From NCBI RefSeq assembly GCF_003334815.1, contig NZ_QOWO01000021.1: 64,000 nt of DNA. One strand, given 5' to 3'. A program made the translations under genes and the position numbers. The DNA comes from Escherichia coli. Lineage in GTDB: Bacteria; Pseudomonadota; Gammaproteobacteria; Enterobacterales; Enterobacteriaceae. Under the pieces are notes generated by a model. That model searched no databases, was not told the DNA's origin, and was given only the letters and a program-made list of their open reading frames with translations. Of the stretch, positions 40,864-53,086 are shown one piece after another (position 1 is the first letter of the stretch; the number at the start of each line of letters is the position of its first letter).

Positions 40864-42258
40864 TTAATTGTGAGCGCCTATTTCGCGCAGTTTACGACCT
40901 TTCATCAGATTACGTTCAATATGTTCCAGCGAAACGTGTTTGGTTTCCGGTACCAGCCACAATGTCAGCAGGATAAACAGTACGTTCAGAGCCGCATACA
41001 CCCAGAAGGTGTTGGCGTTACCCAGCGTGTTGAGCATGGTCAGGAACGTTGCGCCAACGATCATGTTGGCAATCCAGTTGGTGGCAGTGGAGCAGGTGAT
41101 GCCAAAATCGCGGCCTTTCAGCGGCTGAATTTCGGAGCACAGTACCCAAATCAGCGGACCGGCACTCATGGCAAAACCGACAATAAACATCAGCAGCATG
41201 GCGATGGCGAAATACTGCGCCGACGGAGAGTGAATACCGATATGCATCATTGTACCGAGTACGCCCATGCCAGCAGCCATCACCAGGAAGCCCAGCGTTA
41301 GCGTTGGTTTACGTCCCCAGCGGTCAACAAGGCCGATTGCGATAAAGGTGGCAAGTACGTTGGTCAGGCCGACAATCACGGTCCCCCACATTTGCTCGGT
41401 AGTGTTGGTATAACCCGCCAGTTCGAAGATTTTCGGCGCGTAATACATGATGACGTTCATCCCGGTGAATTGCTGCATTACCTGCAACAGTACGCCAAGG
41501 AACACCGCGCGGCGGAAGTTGCTGTTCTCTTTAAACAGCGCCCAGCCACTCTGTTTAACCTGCAAACTTTCACGGATTTCATCCAGTTCGCGTTTCGCTT
41601 CCGCGCTGGTGTCACGCAGGCGTAGCAGCACGCGTTCGGCATCAACAAAACGGCGTTTGGCGGCAAACCAACGTGGGCTGTCTGGCAGGAAGAAGACACC
41701 AATCAGCAGCAAAATTGCCGGGATGATAATCACACCCAGCATCCAGCGCCATGCACCGGTGTAGCTGAAGGCGGTATCAGAAAGATAAGCACCGAGGATC
41801 CCGATAGTGATCATCAACTGATACATCGAGATCATACTGCCACGAATTTTTTCCGGCGCAATTTCAGAGAGGTACAGCGGTGCGGTATAAGAGGCCACAC
41901 CCACCGCCAGCCCCAGTAGAACGCGGGAAAGAATCAGTACTTCAACGTTTGGCGCAGCCGCAGAGAACAGCGAACCGGCAACAAACAAAATTGCGCCGAT
42001 CATCAGGCTCTTTTTGCGCCCGAGTTTAAAGGAGAGCCAGCCGCTGCCCACCGCACCGACTGCCGCACCGAACATCATGGAGCTTACGACCCATTCTTGC
42101 GTGTGCGAAGTAATCTGGAATTCATCTGCAATAAACGGCAGTGCGCCAGCAATTACACCGATATCCAGGCCAAAGAGTAATCCCGCCAGAGCGGCAAGGA
42201 AGCAGACGAAAAACGTCATTGCCTTGTTTGACCGCCCCTGTTTTTTAGCGTCAGGCAT
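40864..42258 (-). CDS. galP: Galactose:H+ symporter GalP (464 aa)
   Basis: Starts [30 protein letters not shown]; MFS sugar-porter motifs. Confidence 0.95.
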   Translation of the reverse strand: MPDAKKQGRSNKAMTFFVCFLAALAGLLFGLDIGVIAGALPFIADEFQITSHTQEWVVSSMMFGAAVGAVGSGWLSFKLGRKKSLMIGAILFVAGSLFSAAAPNVEVLILSRVLLGLAVGVASYTAPLYLSEIAPEKIRGSMISMYQLMITIGILGAYLSDTAFSYTGAWRWMLGVIIIPAILLLIGVFFLPDSPRWFAAKRRFVDAERVLLRLRDTSAEAKRELDEIRESLQVKQSGWALFKENSNFRRAVFLGVLLQVMQQFTGMNVIMYYAPKIFELAGYTNTTEQMWGTVIVGLTNVLATFIAIGLVDRWGRKPTLTLGFLVMAAGMGVLGTMMHIGIHSPSAQYFAIAMLLMFIVGFAMSAGPLIWVLCSEIQPLKGRDFGITCSTATNWIANMIVGATFLTMLNTLGNANTFWVYAALNVLFILLTLWLVPETKHVSLEHIERNLMKGRKLREIGAHN

Positions 42259-42640
42259 GATGCCCTCCAATATGGTTATTTTTTATTGTGAATTAAGATA
42301 GGTGAGTACGACGTAAAAAGATGTGAAGCAAATCACATCAGTGTAATCGCTTACACTAACATTTATCTTAGTTATGATTTAAGTGCATGAAAATAATTGA
42401 GTTATATCATCATAGATTAAACGCTGTTATCTGCAATTAAGACTTTACTGAAAAGAAATGTAACAACTGTGAAAACCGAATAATAATATGAAAATATTAC
42501 AAATCTTTGTCTGTTGTGGTTGGTGTAATCGGTTTCAGTTGTGATGATAATCTGCGGTGAAACGTGATCAGGAAGAATGATGTTATTGTGCGGGCGGTTT
42601 TTTTGCCGGATGCGGCGTGAACGCCTATCCAAAAGAAAAA

Positions 42641-42670
42641 GGCCAGCGCGAGGCTGGCCTTTGAACGCAG
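42641..42670 (-). terminator. Intrinsic terminator downstream of metK
   Basis: Hairpin ggccagcgcgaggctggcc followed by a T-run on the minus strand. Confidence 0.6.
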
Positions 42671-42681
42671 GTGAAGAAAGA

Positions 42682-43836
42682 TTACTTCAGACCGGCAGCA
42701 TCGCGCAGCAGCTGCGCTTTGTCGGTTTTTTCCCACGGGAAATGTTCACGACCAAAGTGACCGTATGCTGCGGTTTCTTTGTAGATCGGGTGCAGCAGAT
42801 CCAGCATCTGAATCAGACCGTATGGGCGCAGGTCGAAGAACTCACGTACCAGCAGGGTCAGTTGTTCAGAAGGCACTTTCTCAGTACCGAAAGTTTCTAC
42901 CATGATGGAGGTCGGTTCAGCCACGCCGATTGCGTAGGAAACCTGAATTTCACAACGATCGGCCAGGCCAGCAGCAACGATGTTTTTCGCGACATAACGT
43001 GCTGCGTAGGCTGCGGAACGGTCCACTTTTGATGGATCTTTACCAGAGAATGCACCGCCACCGTGACGCGCCATGCCGCCGTAGGTATCAACGATAATTT
43101 TACGACCAGTCAGACCGCAGTCACCCATTGGGCCACCGATAACGAAACGACCGGTCGGGTTGATGAAGAATTTGGTGGCAGAAGTCAGCCATTCAGCGGG
43201 CAGAATTGGCTTGATGATCTCTTCCATTACCGCTTCTTGCAGCGATTTCTGGTCGATCTCTTCAGAGTGCTGAGTGGAAAGCACGACAGCATCGATACCA
43301 ACGATTTTGCCGTCGTCATACTGAAAAGTCACCTGGCTTTTCGCGTCCGGGCGCAGCCACGGCAGAGTGCCGTTTTTACGCACTTCAGCCTGACGCTGTA
43401 CCAGACGGTGTGCATAGGTGATAGGTGCTGGCATCAGCACGTCGGTTTCATTAGTTGCGTAGCCAAACATCAGACCCTGGTCACCCGCGCCCTGTTCCAG
43501 CGGATCGGCACGGTCAACGCCCTGGTTGATGTCAGGAGACTGTTTGCCGATAGCGCTCAGAACCGCACAGGAGTTAGCGTCAAAGCCCATGTCGGAATGC
43601 ACATAGCCAATTTCGCGAACGGTGTTACGGGTGATCTCTTCGATGTCTACCCAGGCGCTGGTGGTGATTTCGCCGCCAACTAAAACCATGCCGGTTTTTA
43701 CGTAGGTTTCGCAAGCAACGCGTGCTTTCGGATCCTGTTCGAGGATCGCGTCTAAAACGGCATCAGAAATTTGGTCAGCAATTTTGTCAGGATGCCCTTC
43801 AGAGACGGACTCGGACGTAAAAAGGTGTTTTGCCAT
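42682..43836 (-). CDS. metK: S-adenosylmethionine synthetase (384 aa)
   Basis: Starts [32 protein letters not shown]. Confidence 0.96.
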
Positions 43837-44140
43837 ATTTAATATCACCTAAAGAGAATTTGGTTAGCTCAAACTGTTGTGTGGATTTTCTGTGGTAGCG
43901 GATCCTACCACGACTCTGCAGGTTAAAAACACTGGCAGTCTGAGTGTTAATCGGTATGGATGGATTAACATCTGGATGGCTATTTTAGGTCAATTCTTCA
44001 CCCTATTTCCACTTTTTTTTTGAATCGTGTCTCATTCTGTTAAAAACGTGGCTGGAAATTTTTCCTGACAATGCCGGCATTCTGCGTATTTATCTTTTGC
44101 AATTTTCTGCCATTGTGGGGTATAAAACGCGGCGCGCGGC

Positions 44141-44356
44141 TTAAATAAAAAGCACACGACGTTTCTTTCGTGTTGCCACTTCCAGCCGGGTTGAAATCAG
44201 AGTTTTGGCTTGTGGGTTCGTCTTAACAGGCGGCCGTGGAGGTGATACGAAATAATGAACCGTTGTCTGCTGCTTAACCTGTCTCACCGTTCTGGTGAAG
44301 ATTCGTTCCCCGCACTCTGCATCTCTGCTTTGCATACCTGCCGATGTTATACCCAT
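44141..44356 (-). CDS. Small ORF in the metK-speA intergenic region (71 aa; possibly yqgC)
   Basis: 71-aa ORF in the position and orientation expected for K-12 yqgC; sequence identity not verified from memory. Confidence 0.3.
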
Positions 44357-44491
44357 CTCGGCGCTTCTCAGGATTCAAGAGCTGGTTACAGTTACTGAGG
44401 ACTGAACAAGGGCGCTCTTGTAAAAACAAGAGTTTTCTCGTGGTTTCGCCGAACTTTCACACTTACGTTCGGTTATGTGCTTAATAATGTT

Positions 44492-44623
44492 ATGAAAAAG
44501 AAACCGGTTGCGCAGTTGGAGCGTCAGCATTCACTGCTGGAAAATCCATGTGCTTATGGGTTGTTATCGCAGTTCCAGGCTGCGATAGTCGTTAACTGTT
44601 TTACACTTAATAAAATAATTTGA
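44492..44623 (+). CDS. yqgB: Small protein YqgB (43 aa)
   Basis: Translates [43 protein letters not shown] immediately upstream of speA. Confidence 0.8.
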   Translation: MKKKPVAQLERQHSLLENPCAYGLLSQFQAAIVVNCFTLNKII

Positions 44624-44631
44624 GGTTCGCT

Positions 44632-46608
44632 ATGTCTGACGACATGTCTATGGGTTTGCCTTCGTCAGCGGGCGAACACGGTGTACTACGCTCCATGCAG
44701 GAGGTTGCAATGAGCTCCCAGGAAGCCAGCAAGATGCTGCGTACTTACAATATTGCCTGGTGGGGCAATAACTACTATGACGTTAACGAGCTGGGCCACA
44801 TTAGCGTGTGCCCGGACCCGGACGTCCCGGAAGCTCGCGTCGATCTCGCGCAGTTAGTGAAAACTCGTGAAGCAGAGGGCCAGCGTCTGCCTGCACTGTT
44901 CTGTTTCCCACAGATCCTGCAGCACCGTTTGCGTTCCATTAACGCCGCGTTCAAACGTGCGAGGGAATCCTACGGCTATAACGGCGATTACTTCCTTGTT
45001 TATCCGATCAAAGTTAACCAGCACCGCCGCGTGATTGAGTCCCTGATTCATTCGGGCGAACCGCTGGGTCTGGAAGCCGGTTCCAAAGCCGAGTTGATGG
45101 CAGTACTGGCACATGCTGGCATGACCCGTAGCGTCATCGTCTGCAACGGTTATAAAGACCGCGAATATATCCGCCTGGCATTAATTGGCGAGAAGATGGG
45201 GCACAAGGTCTATCTGGTCATTGAGAAGATGTCAGAAATCGCCATTGTGCTGGATGAAGCAGAACGTCTGAATGTCGTTCCTCGTCTGGGCGTGCGTGCA
45301 CGTCTGGCTTCGCAGGGTTCGGGTAAATGGCAGTCCTCCGGCGGGGAAAAATCGAAGTTCGGCCTGGCTGCGACTCAGGTACTGCAACTGGTTGAAACCC
45401 TGCGTGAAGCCGGGCGTCTCGACAGCCTGCAACTACTGCACTTCCACCTCGGTTCGCAGATGGCGAATATTCGCGATATCGCGACAGGCGTTCGTGAATC
45501 CGCGCGTTTCTATGTGGAACTGCACAAGCTGGGCGTCAATATTCAGTGCTTCGACGTCGGCGGCGGTCTGGGCGTGGATTATGAAGGTACTCGTTCGCAG
45601 TCCGACTGTTCGGTGAACTACGGCCTCAATGAATACGCCAACAACATTATCTGGGCGATTGGCGATGCGTGTGAAGAAAACGGTCTGCCGCATCCGACGG
45701 TAATCACCGAATCGGGTCGTGCGGTGACTGCGCATCACACCGTGCTGGTGTCTAATATCATCGGCGTGGAACGTAACGAATACACGGTGCCGACCGCGCC
45801 TGCAGAAGATGCGCCGCGCGCGCTGCAAAGCATGTGGGAAACCTGGCAGGAGATGCACGAACCGGGAACTCGCCGTTCTCTGCGTGAATGGTTACACGAC
45901 AGTCAGATGGATCTGCACGACATTCATATCGGCTACTCTTCCGGCATCTTTAGCCTGCAAGAACGTGCATGGGCTGAGCAGCTTTATTTGAGCATGTGCC
46001 ATGAAGTGCAAAAGCAGCTGGATCCGCAAAACCGTGCTCATCGTCCGATTATCGACGAGCTGCAGGAACGTATGGCGGACAAAATGTACGTCAACTTCTC
46101 GCTGTTCCAGTCGATGCCGGACGCATGGGGGATCGACCAGTTGTTCCCGGTTCTGCCGCTGGAAGGGCTGGATCAAGTGCCGGAACGTCGCGCTGTGCTG
46201 CTGGATATTACCTGTGACTCTGACGGTGCTATCGACCACTATATTGATGGTGACGGTATTGCCACGACAATGCCAATGCCGGAGTACGATCCAGAGAATC
46301 CGCCGATGCTCGGTTTCTTTATGGTCGGCGCATATCAGGAGATCCTCGGCAACATGCACAACCTGTTCGGTGATACCGAAGCGGTTGACGTGTTCGTCTT
46401 CCCTGACGGTAGCGTAGAAGTAGAACTGTCTGACGAAGGCGATACCGTGGCGGACATGCTGCAATATGTACAGCTCGATCCGAAAACGCTGTTAACCCAG
46501 TTCCGCGATCAAGTGAAGAAAACCGATCTTGATGCTGAACTGCAACAACAGTTCCTTGAAGAGTTCGAGGCAGGTTTGTACGGTTATACTTATCTTGAAG
46601 ATGAGTAA
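44632..46608 (+). CDS. speA: Biosynthetic arginine decarboxylase (658 aa)
   Basis: Starts [45 protein letters not shown]. Confidence 0.95.
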   Translation: MSDDMSMGLPSSAGEHGVLRSMQEVAMSSQEASKMLRTYNIAWWGNNYYDVNELGHISVCPDPDVPEARVDLAQLVKTREAEGQRLPALFCFPQILQHRLRSINAAFKRARESYGYNGDYFLVYPIKVNQHRRVIESLIHSGEPLGLEAGSKAELMAVLAHAGMTRSVIVCNGYKDREYIRLALIGEKMGHKVYLVIEKMSEIAIVLDEAERLNVVPRLGVRARLASQGSGKWQSSGGEKSKFGLAATQVLQLVETLREAGRLDSLQLLHFHLGSQMANIRDIATGVRESARFYVELHKLGVNIQCFDVGGGLGVDYEGTRSQSDCSVNYGLNEYANNIIWAIGDACEENGLPHPTVITESGRAVTAHHTVLVSNIIGVERNEYTVPTAPAEDAPRALQSMWETWQEMHEPGTRRSLREWLHDSQMDLHDIHIGYSSGIFSLQERAWAEQLYLSMCHEVQKQLDPQNRAHRPIIDELQERMADKMYVNFSLFQSMPDAWGIDQLFPVLPLEGLDQVPERRAVLLDITCDSDGAIDHYIDGDGIATTMPMPEYDPENPPMLGFFMVGAYQEILGNMHNLFGDTEAVDVFVFPDGSVEVELSDEGDTVADMLQYVQLDPKTLLTQFRDQVKKTDLDAELQQQFLEEFEAGLYGYTYLEDE

Positions 46609-46745
46609 GTCCTGTGTTACTTGAATCCGCTTAATTTAGCGGTGATAATCCGCCACAATTTATTGTGACAAATCCAACCCTTCCTCGTCGGGCCTAACGA
46701 CGCGGAAGGGTTTTTTTATATCGACTTTGTAATAGGAGTCCATCC

Positions 46746-47666
46746 ATGAGCACCTTAGGTCATCAATACGATAACTCACTGGTTTCCAATGCCTTTGGTT
46801 TTTTACGCCTGCCGATGAACTTCCAGCCGTATGACAGCGATGCAGACTGGGTGATTACTGGCGTGCCGTTCGATATGGCCACTTCTGGTCGTGCGGGTGG
46901 TCGCCACGGTCCGGCAGCGATCCGTCAGGTTTCGACGAATCTGGCCTGGGAACACAACCGCTTCCCGTGGAATTTCGACATGCGTGAGCGTCTGAACGTC
47001 GTGGACTGCGGCGATCTGGTATATGCCTTTGGCGATGCCCGTGAGATGAGCGAAAAGCTGCAGGCGCACGCCGAGAAGCTGCTGGCTGCCGGTAAGCGTA
47101 TGCTCTCTTTCGGTGGTGACCACTTTGTTACGCTGCCGCTGCTGCGTGCTCATGCGAAGCATTTCGGCAAAATGGCGCTGGTACACTTTGACGCCCACAC
47201 CGATACCTATGCGAACGGTTGTGAATTTGACCACGGCACTATGTTCTATACCGCGCCGAAAGAAGGTCTGATCGACCCGAATCATTCCGTGCAGATTGGT
47301 ATTCGTACCGAGTTTGATAAAGACAACGGCTTTACCGTGCTGGACGCCTGCCAGGTGAACGATCGCAGCGTGGATGACGTTATCGCCCAAGTGAAACAGA
47401 TTGTGGGTGATATGCCGGTTTACCTGACTTTTGATATCGACTGCCTGGATCCTGCTTTTGCACCAGGCACCGGTACGCCAGTGATTGGCGGCCTGACCTC
47501 CGATCGCGCTATTAAACTGGTACGCGGCCTGAAAGATCTCAACATTGTTGGGATGGACGTAGTGGAAGTGGCTCCGGCATACGATCAGTCGGAAATCACT
47601 GCTCTGGCAGCGGCAACGCTGGCGCTGGAAATGCTGTATATTCAGGCGGCGAAAAAGGGCGAGTAA
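46746..47666 (+). CDS. speB: Agmatinase
   Basis: 306 aa, [45 protein letters not shown]... Confidence 0.95.
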   Translation: MSTLGHQYDNSLVSNAFGFLRLPMNFQPYDSDADWVITGVPFDMATSGRAGGRHGPAAIRQVSTNLAWEHNRFPWNFDMRERLNVVDCGDLVYAFGDAREMSEKLQAHAEKLLAAGKRMLSFGGDHFVTLPLLRAHAKHFGKMALVHFDAHTDTYANGCEFDHGTMFYTAPKEGLIDPNHSVQIGIRTEFDKDNGFTVLDACQVNDRSVDDVIAQVKQIVGDMPVYLTFDIDCLDPAFAPGTGTPVIGGLTSDRAIKLVRGLKDLNIVGMDVVEVAPAYDQSEITALAAATLALEMLYIQAAKKGE

Positions 47667-47705
47667 GCACCAGATGCGATGCGCACGGGTAAAACGTGCC
47701 ATTAA

Positions 47706-47870
<165 letters not shown>

Positions 47871-47871
47871 T

Positions 47872-48630
47872 TTACTTAATCCCATCCGCGCTCATGCGAT
47901 CGCGAATATGCTGGGCGCGTTCGGCGGATGCAGGATGGTCGTCAAACATTGAGCTTTGGCGACCTTCTTCCAGTTTTGCCAGTTTTTCAAAGCTGGTGGC
48001 AAGACCTGCCGGGCTGATGCCGCGTTGGCGCAGAAGATCGTAAGAATAATCATCGGCTTCTGCTTCCTGGCGCTGGGAGAATTGCGAATTGACTAATTTC
48101 TCGCCCAGATTACCAAGTTGTGATTGAGATAAACTTCCGACAATCCCGCCCGCAGAGGCCGCAGCTACTCGCACGGCATTTGTACCAAGTGCCACCTGCA
48201 TTCCTTTTTTCACATGGCCTAACGCCACGTGCCCCATTTCGTGACCGATCACCGCTTCGACTTCGTTATCCGTCATCATATCCATCAGCCCGCTATAGAC
48301 GCGGATACAGCCGTTAGCCATTGCAAAGGCGTTCACATCCTTCGCCATATACACTTTGTAATTTACCGGCTGACCGTTGATATTGTTGCCTAGCGCATTG
48401 GCAATAGTTGTCAGACGTTTAGCGTATTCGCTATTGGCTGGCGCAATCGTCGCCTTGCTGTCCATCTCCTGACATGCCTGATCGCTCAGGGTTTTCACCT
48501 GCGCATCACTCAAACTGTAAGCCTGAAAAGCTTCCGCTCCTGATGAGAGCAGTCCGTTGGAGTCCATATTCTGGCAACCAGTCAGTACCGTTGCCACGCT
48601 CATTGCTACCAATAAGGCGCGAATTTTCAT
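47872..48630 (-). CDS. loiP: Outer-membrane metalloprotease LoiP (YggG), 252 aa
   Basis: Starts MKIRALLVAMSVATVLTGCQ (lipoprotein signal); HEMGH zinc motif; listed ORF has a long upstream extension. Confidence 0.92.
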   Translation of the reverse strand: MKIRALLVAMSVATVLTGCQNMDSNGLLSSGAEAFQAYSLSDAQVKTLSDQACQEMDSKATIAPANSEYAKRLTTIANALGNNINGQPVNYKVYMAKDVNAFAMANGCIRVYSGLMDMMTDNEVEAVIGHEMGHVALGHVKKGMQVALGTNAVRVAAASAGGIVGSLSQSQLGNLGEKLVNSQFSQRQEAEADDYSYDLLRQRGISPAGLATSFEKLAKLEEGRQSSMFDDHPASAERAQHIRDRMSADGIK

Positions 48631-48907
48631 GTTTTCTCTTCCGCACAAGGTCAGGATTATTCTAAAAATGCGCCGTTTGCAGGTGAATCGACGCTCAGTC
48701 TCAGTATAAGGAAAAGCGCAGCGGACGGGCGAGTAGATTGCGCAACATGCGAGCATGATCCAGAGATTTCTGAAGCGGCAAAAGGATGTTCCATGTACAT
48801 GACGCGCGGCTTGCGGTAAATTGTTGGCAAATTTTCCGGCGTAGCCCAAAACGCGCTGTCGTCAAGTCGTTAAGGGCGTGCCCTTCATCATCCGATCTGG
48901 AGTCAAA

Positions 48908-50899
48908 ATGTCCTCACGTAAAGAGCTTGCCAATGCTATTCGTGCGCTGAGCATGGACGCAGTACAGAAAGCCAAATCCGGTCACCCGGGTGCCCCTATG
49001 GGTATGGCTGACATTGCCGAAGTCCTGTGGCGTGATTTCCTGAAACACAACCCGCAGAATCCGTCCTGGGCTGACCGTGACCGCTTCGTGCTGTCCAACG
49101 GCCACGGCTCCATGCTGATCTACAGCCTGCTGCACCTCACCGGTTACGATCTGCCGATGGAAGAACTGAAAAACTTCCGTCAGCTGCACTCTAAAACTCC
49201 GGGTCACCCGGAAGTGGGTTACACCGCTGGTGTGGAAACCACCACCGGTCCGCTGGGTCAGGGTATTGCCAACGCAGTCGGTATGGCGATTGCAGAAAAA
49301 ACGCTGGCGGCGCAGTTTAACCGTCCGGGCCACGACATTGTCGACCACTACACCTACGCCTTCATGGGCGACGGCTGCATGATGGAAGGCATCTCCCACG
49401 AAGTTTGCTCTCTGGCGGGTACGCTGAAGCTGGGTAAACTGATTGCATTCTACGATGACAACGGTATTTCTATCGATGGTCACGTTGAAGGCTGGTTCAC
49501 CGACGACACCGCAATGCGTTTCGAAGCTTACGGCTGGCACGTTATTCGCGACATCGACGGTCATGACGCGGCATCTATCAAACGCGCAGTAGAAGAAGCG
49601 CGCGCAGTGACTGACAAACCTTCCCTGCTGATGTGCAAAACCATCATCGGTTTCGGTTCCCCGAACAAAGCCGGTACCCACGACTCCCACGGTGCGCCGC
49701 TGGGCGACGCTGAAATTGCCCTGACCCGCGAACAACTGGGCTGGAAATATGCGCCGTTCGAAATCCCGTCTGAAATCTATGCTCAGTGGGATGCGAAAGA
49801 AGCAGGCCAGGCGAAAGAATCCGCATGGAACGAGAAATTCGCTGCTTACGCGAAAGCTTATCCGCAGGAAGCCGCTGAATTTACCCGCCGTATGAAAGGC
49901 GAAATGCCGTCTGACTTCGACGCTAAAGCGAAAGAGTTCATCGCTAAACTGCAGGCTAATCCGGCGAAAATCGCCAGCCGTAAAGCGTCTCAGAATGCTA
50001 TCGAAGCGTTCGGTCCGCTGTTGCCGGAATTCCTCGGCGGTTCTGCTGACCTGGCGCCGTCTAACCTGACCCTGTGGTCTGGTTCTAAAGCAATCAACGA
50101 AGATGCTGCGGGTAACTACATCCACTACGGTGTTCGCGAGTTCGGTATGACCGCGATTGCTAACGGTATCTCCCTGCACGGTGGCTTCCTGCCGTACACC
50201 TCCACCTTCCTGATGTTCGTGGAATACGCACGTAACGCCGTACGTATGGCTGCGCTGATGAAACAGCGTCAGGTGATGGTTTACACCCACGACTCCATCG
50301 GTCTGGGCGAAGACGGCCCGACTCACCAGCCGGTTGAGCAGGTCGCTTCTCTGCGCGTAACCCCGAACATGTCTACATGGCGTCCGTGTGACCAGGTTGA
50401 ATCCGCGGTCGCGTGGAAATACGGTGTTGAGCGTCAGGACGGCCCGACCGCACTGATCCTCTCCCGTCAGAACCTGGCGCAGCAGGAACGAACTGAAGAG
50501 CAACTGGCAAACATCGCGCGCGGTGGTTATGTGCTGAAAGACTGCGCCGGTCAGCCGGAACTGATTTTCATCGCTACCGGTTCAGAAGTTGAACTGGCTG
50601 TTGCTGCCTACGAAAAACTGACTGCCGAAGGCGTGAAAGCGCGCGTGGTGTCCATGCCGTCTACCGACGCATTTGACAAGCAGGATGCTGCTTACCGTGA
50701 ATCCGTACTGCCGAAAGCGGTTACTGCACGCGTTGCTGTAGAAGCGGGTATTGCTGACTACTGGTACAAGTATGTTGGCCTGAACGGTGCTATCGTCGGT
50801 ATGACCACCTTCGGTGAATCTGCTCCGGCAGAGCTGCTGTTTGAAGAGTTCGGCTTCACTGTTGATAACGTTGTTGCGAAAGCAAAAGAACTGCTGTAA
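48908..50899 (+). CDS. tktA: Transketolase 1 (663 aa)
   Basis: Starts [41 protein letters not shown]. Confidence 0.96.
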   Translation: MSSRKELANAIRALSMDAVQKAKSGHPGAPMGMADIAEVLWRDFLKHNPQNPSWADRDRFVLSNGHGSMLIYSLLHLTGYDLPMEELKNFRQLHSKTPGHPEVGYTAGVETTTGPLGQGIANAVGMAIAEKTLAAQFNRPGHDIVDHYTYAFMGDGCMMEGISHEVCSLAGTLKLGKLIAFYDDNGISIDGHVEGWFTDDTAMRFEAYGWHVIRDIDGHDAASIKRAVEEARAVTDKPSLLMCKTIIGFGSPNKAGTHDSHGAPLGDAEIALTREQLGWKYAPFEIPSEIYAQWDAKEAGQAKESAWNEKFAAYAKAYPQEAAEFTRRMKGEMPSDFDAKAKEFIAKLQANPAKIASRKASQNAIEAFGPLLPEFLGGSADLAPSNLTLWSGSKAINEDAAGNYIHYGVREFGMTAIANGISLHGGFLPYTSTFLMFVEYARNAVRMAALMKQRQVMVYTHDSIGLGEDGPTHQPVEQVASLRVTPNMSTWRPCDQVESAVAWKYGVERQDGPTALILSRQNLAQQERTEEQLANIARGGYVLKDCAGQPELIFIATGSEVELAVAAYEKLTAEGVKARVVSMPSTDAFDKQDAAYRESVLPKAVTARVAVEAGIADYWYKYVGLNGAIVGMTTFGESAPAELLFEEFGFTVDNVVAKAKELL

Positions 50900-50908
50900 T
50901 TAGCATTT

Positions 50909-50940
50909 CGGGTAAAAAGGTCGCTTCGGCGACCTTTTTT
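50909..50940 (+). terminator. Intrinsic terminator after tktA
   Basis: aaaaaggtcgcttcggcgaccttttttatt: GC stem plus T-run. Confidence 0.7.
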
Positions 50941-51212
50941 ATTACCTTGATATGTCCGTTTGCGGACAAGCAATAGATAAGGCGTGTTGTAGATCACAAA
51001 TATTTATATGCAATAAATATCAATTATGTAACATGCATCACGATATGCGTATTGACATTTGTTGTTATATCTATAACTCAATGTTATATAAGAAATTAAT
51101 AATTCACTGTTTTCAAAACACCGGTTTCCCTGCTCAATTGCTTTCATTAAACCGCACGAGTATTTTATTTTTACCGCCGGACGGTACCCTAAAAATAAAA
51201 TAAGGATAATTT

Positions 51213-51656
51213 ATGCGGCTTAGTGATTATTTTCCAGAATCATCAATCTCAGTTATACATTCAGCAAAAGATTGGCAGGAAGCTATCGATTTCTCGATGG
51301 TATCATTGCTGGATAAAAACTATATCAGCGAGAATTACATTCAGGCAATTAAAGATTCCACCATTAACAATGGCCCTTATTATATTCTCGCACCAGGCGT
51401 GGCAATGCCTCATGCGCGACCGGAATGTGGGGCGCTTAAAACCGGGATGTCTTTGACATTACTTGAACAAGGTGTTTATTTTCCGGGGAATGACGAACCA
51501 ATTAAATTACTCATCGGACTCTCTGCTGCCGATGCCGATTCGCACATTGGCGCTATTCAGGCGTTAAGTGAATTACTGTGCGAAGAAGAAATACTCGAAC
51601 AACTCTTAACAGCATCATCAGAAAAACAATTAGCGGACATTATCAGCCGCGGATAA
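51213..51656 (+). CDS. cmtB: Cryptic mannitol-type PTS enzyme IIA component
   Basis: 147 aa, MRLSDYFPESSISVIHSAKDWQEAIDF... Confidence 0.9.
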   Translation: MRLSDYFPESSISVIHSAKDWQEAIDFSMVSLLDKNYISENYIQAIKDSTINNGPYYILAPGVAMPHARPECGALKTGMSLTLLEQGVYFPGNDEPIKLLIGLSAADADSHIGAIQALSELLCEEEILEQLLTASSEKQLADIISRG

Positions 51657-51683
51657 TTACTCTCTCCTCTACAGGATAATATT

Positions 51684-53072
51684 ATGGAAAACAAGTCTGC
51701 TCGTGCAAAGGTCCAGGCTTTTGGGGGCTTTTTGACTGCAATGGTCATCCCCAATATTGGTGCTTTTATTGCCTGGGGTTTTATTACTGCGTTATTTATT
51801 CCCACCGGTTGGCTGCCTAACGAACATTTCGCCAAAATTGTCGGCCCGATGATTACCTATTTATTGCCCGTGATGATTGGTTCTACAGGTGGTCATCTGG
51901 TCGGCGGTAAACGCGGGGCGGTCATGGGCGGAATAGGTACTATTGGTGTGATCGTTGGCGCAGAGATCCCGATGTTCCTTGGCTCAATGATCATGGGGCC
52001 GCTCGGTGGGTTGGTCATAAAATATGTCGATAAGGCACTGGAAAAACGCATACCTGCCGGTTTTGAGATGGTTATCAATAACTTCTCATTAGGTATCGCG
52101 GGGATGCTCCTTTGTCTGCTGGGTTTTGAAGTTATCGGCCCGGCGGTGTTAATTGCCAATACTTTCGTCAAAGAGTGTATTGAGGCGCTGGTACATGCGG
52201 GTTATCTGCCATTGTTGTCAGTCATCAATGAACCGGCGAAAGTGCTTTTCCTCAATAATGCGATCGATCAGGGCGTCTATTATCCGCTGGGAATGCAACA
52301 GGCTTCGGTTAACGGTAAATCCATCTTCTTTATGGTGGCCTCTAACCCAGGTCCGGGCCTGGGGCTGCTGCTGGCGTTTACCTTGTTTGGTAAAGGGATG
52401 AGTAAACGTTCTGCGCCCGGGGCGATGATTATTCACTTCCTCGGTGGGATCCACGAACTGTATTTCCCGTATGTGCTGATGAAGCCGCTGACCATTATTG
52501 CCATGATTGCGGGCGGTATGTCTGGCACCTGGATGTTTAACTTACTGGACGGTGGTCTGGTGGCTGGCCCAAGTCCGGGGTCTATCTTTGCTTACCTGGC
52601 ACTGACGCCGAAAGGCTCGTTCCTGGCGACAATTGCCGGTGTTACGGTAGGTACCCTGGTGTCCTTTGCTATTACTTCGCTGATACTGAAGATGGAAAAA
52701 ACGGTGGAAACGGAGAGCGAAGATGAGTTTGCTCAGTCAGCCAATGCGGTTAAGGCGATGAAACAAGAGGGTGCATTCTCGTTAAGCAGGGTTAAGCGTA
52801 TCGCCTTTGTTTGCGATGCGGGGATGGGCTCCAGTGCGATGGGCGCGACCACCTTCCGTAAACGCCTGGAAAAAGCGGGGCTGGCAATTGAAGTAAAACA
52901 TTACGCCATAGAAAACGTGCCTGCGGATGCGGATATCGTCGTTACTCATGCCAGTCTGGAAGGGCGCGTGAAACGTGTGACGGATAAACCACTGATATTG
53001 ATTAATAACTATATTGGCGATCCAAAACTCGACACTTTATTTAATCAATTAACCGCCGAACATAAACACTGA
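51684..53072 (+). CDS. cmtA: Cryptic mannitol-type PTS enzyme IICB component
   Basis: 462-aa membrane protein in the K-12 position. Confidence 0.9.
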   Translation: MENKSARAKVQAFGGFLTAMVIPNIGAFIAWGFITALFIPTGWLPNEHFAKIVGPMITYLLPVMIGSTGGHLVGGKRGAVMGGIGTIGVIVGAEIPMFLGSMIMGPLGGLVIKYVDKALEKRIPAGFEMVINNFSLGIAGMLLCLLGFEVIGPAVLIANTFVKECIEALVHAGYLPLLSVINEPAKVLFLNNAIDQGVYYPLGMQQASVNGKSIFFMVASNPGPGLGLLLAFTLFGKGMSKRSAPGAMIIHFLGGIHELYFPYVLMKPLTIIAMIAGGMSGTWMFNLLDGGLVAGPSPGSIFAYLALTPKGSFLATIAGVTVGTLVSFAITSLILKMEKTVETESEDEFAQSANAVKAMKQEGAFSLSRVKRIAFVCDAGMGSSAMGATTFRKRLEKAGLAIEVKHYAIENVPADADIVVTHASLEGRVKRVTDKPLILINNYIGDPKLDTLFNQLTAEHKH

Positions 53073-53086
53073 TTACAGAGGTAAAA

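Noticed and set aside
43850-44100. MetJ boxes and promoter upstream of metK
   Set aside because: Met-box-like octamers are probably present, but I could not place them confidently without alignment, so no regulatory feature is reported.
48914-50503. 529-aa minus-strand ORF
   Set aside because: Lies entirely antisense within tktA; composition is Arg/Gly/Val-rich and typical of the reverse strand of a GC-balanced gene; no motifs.
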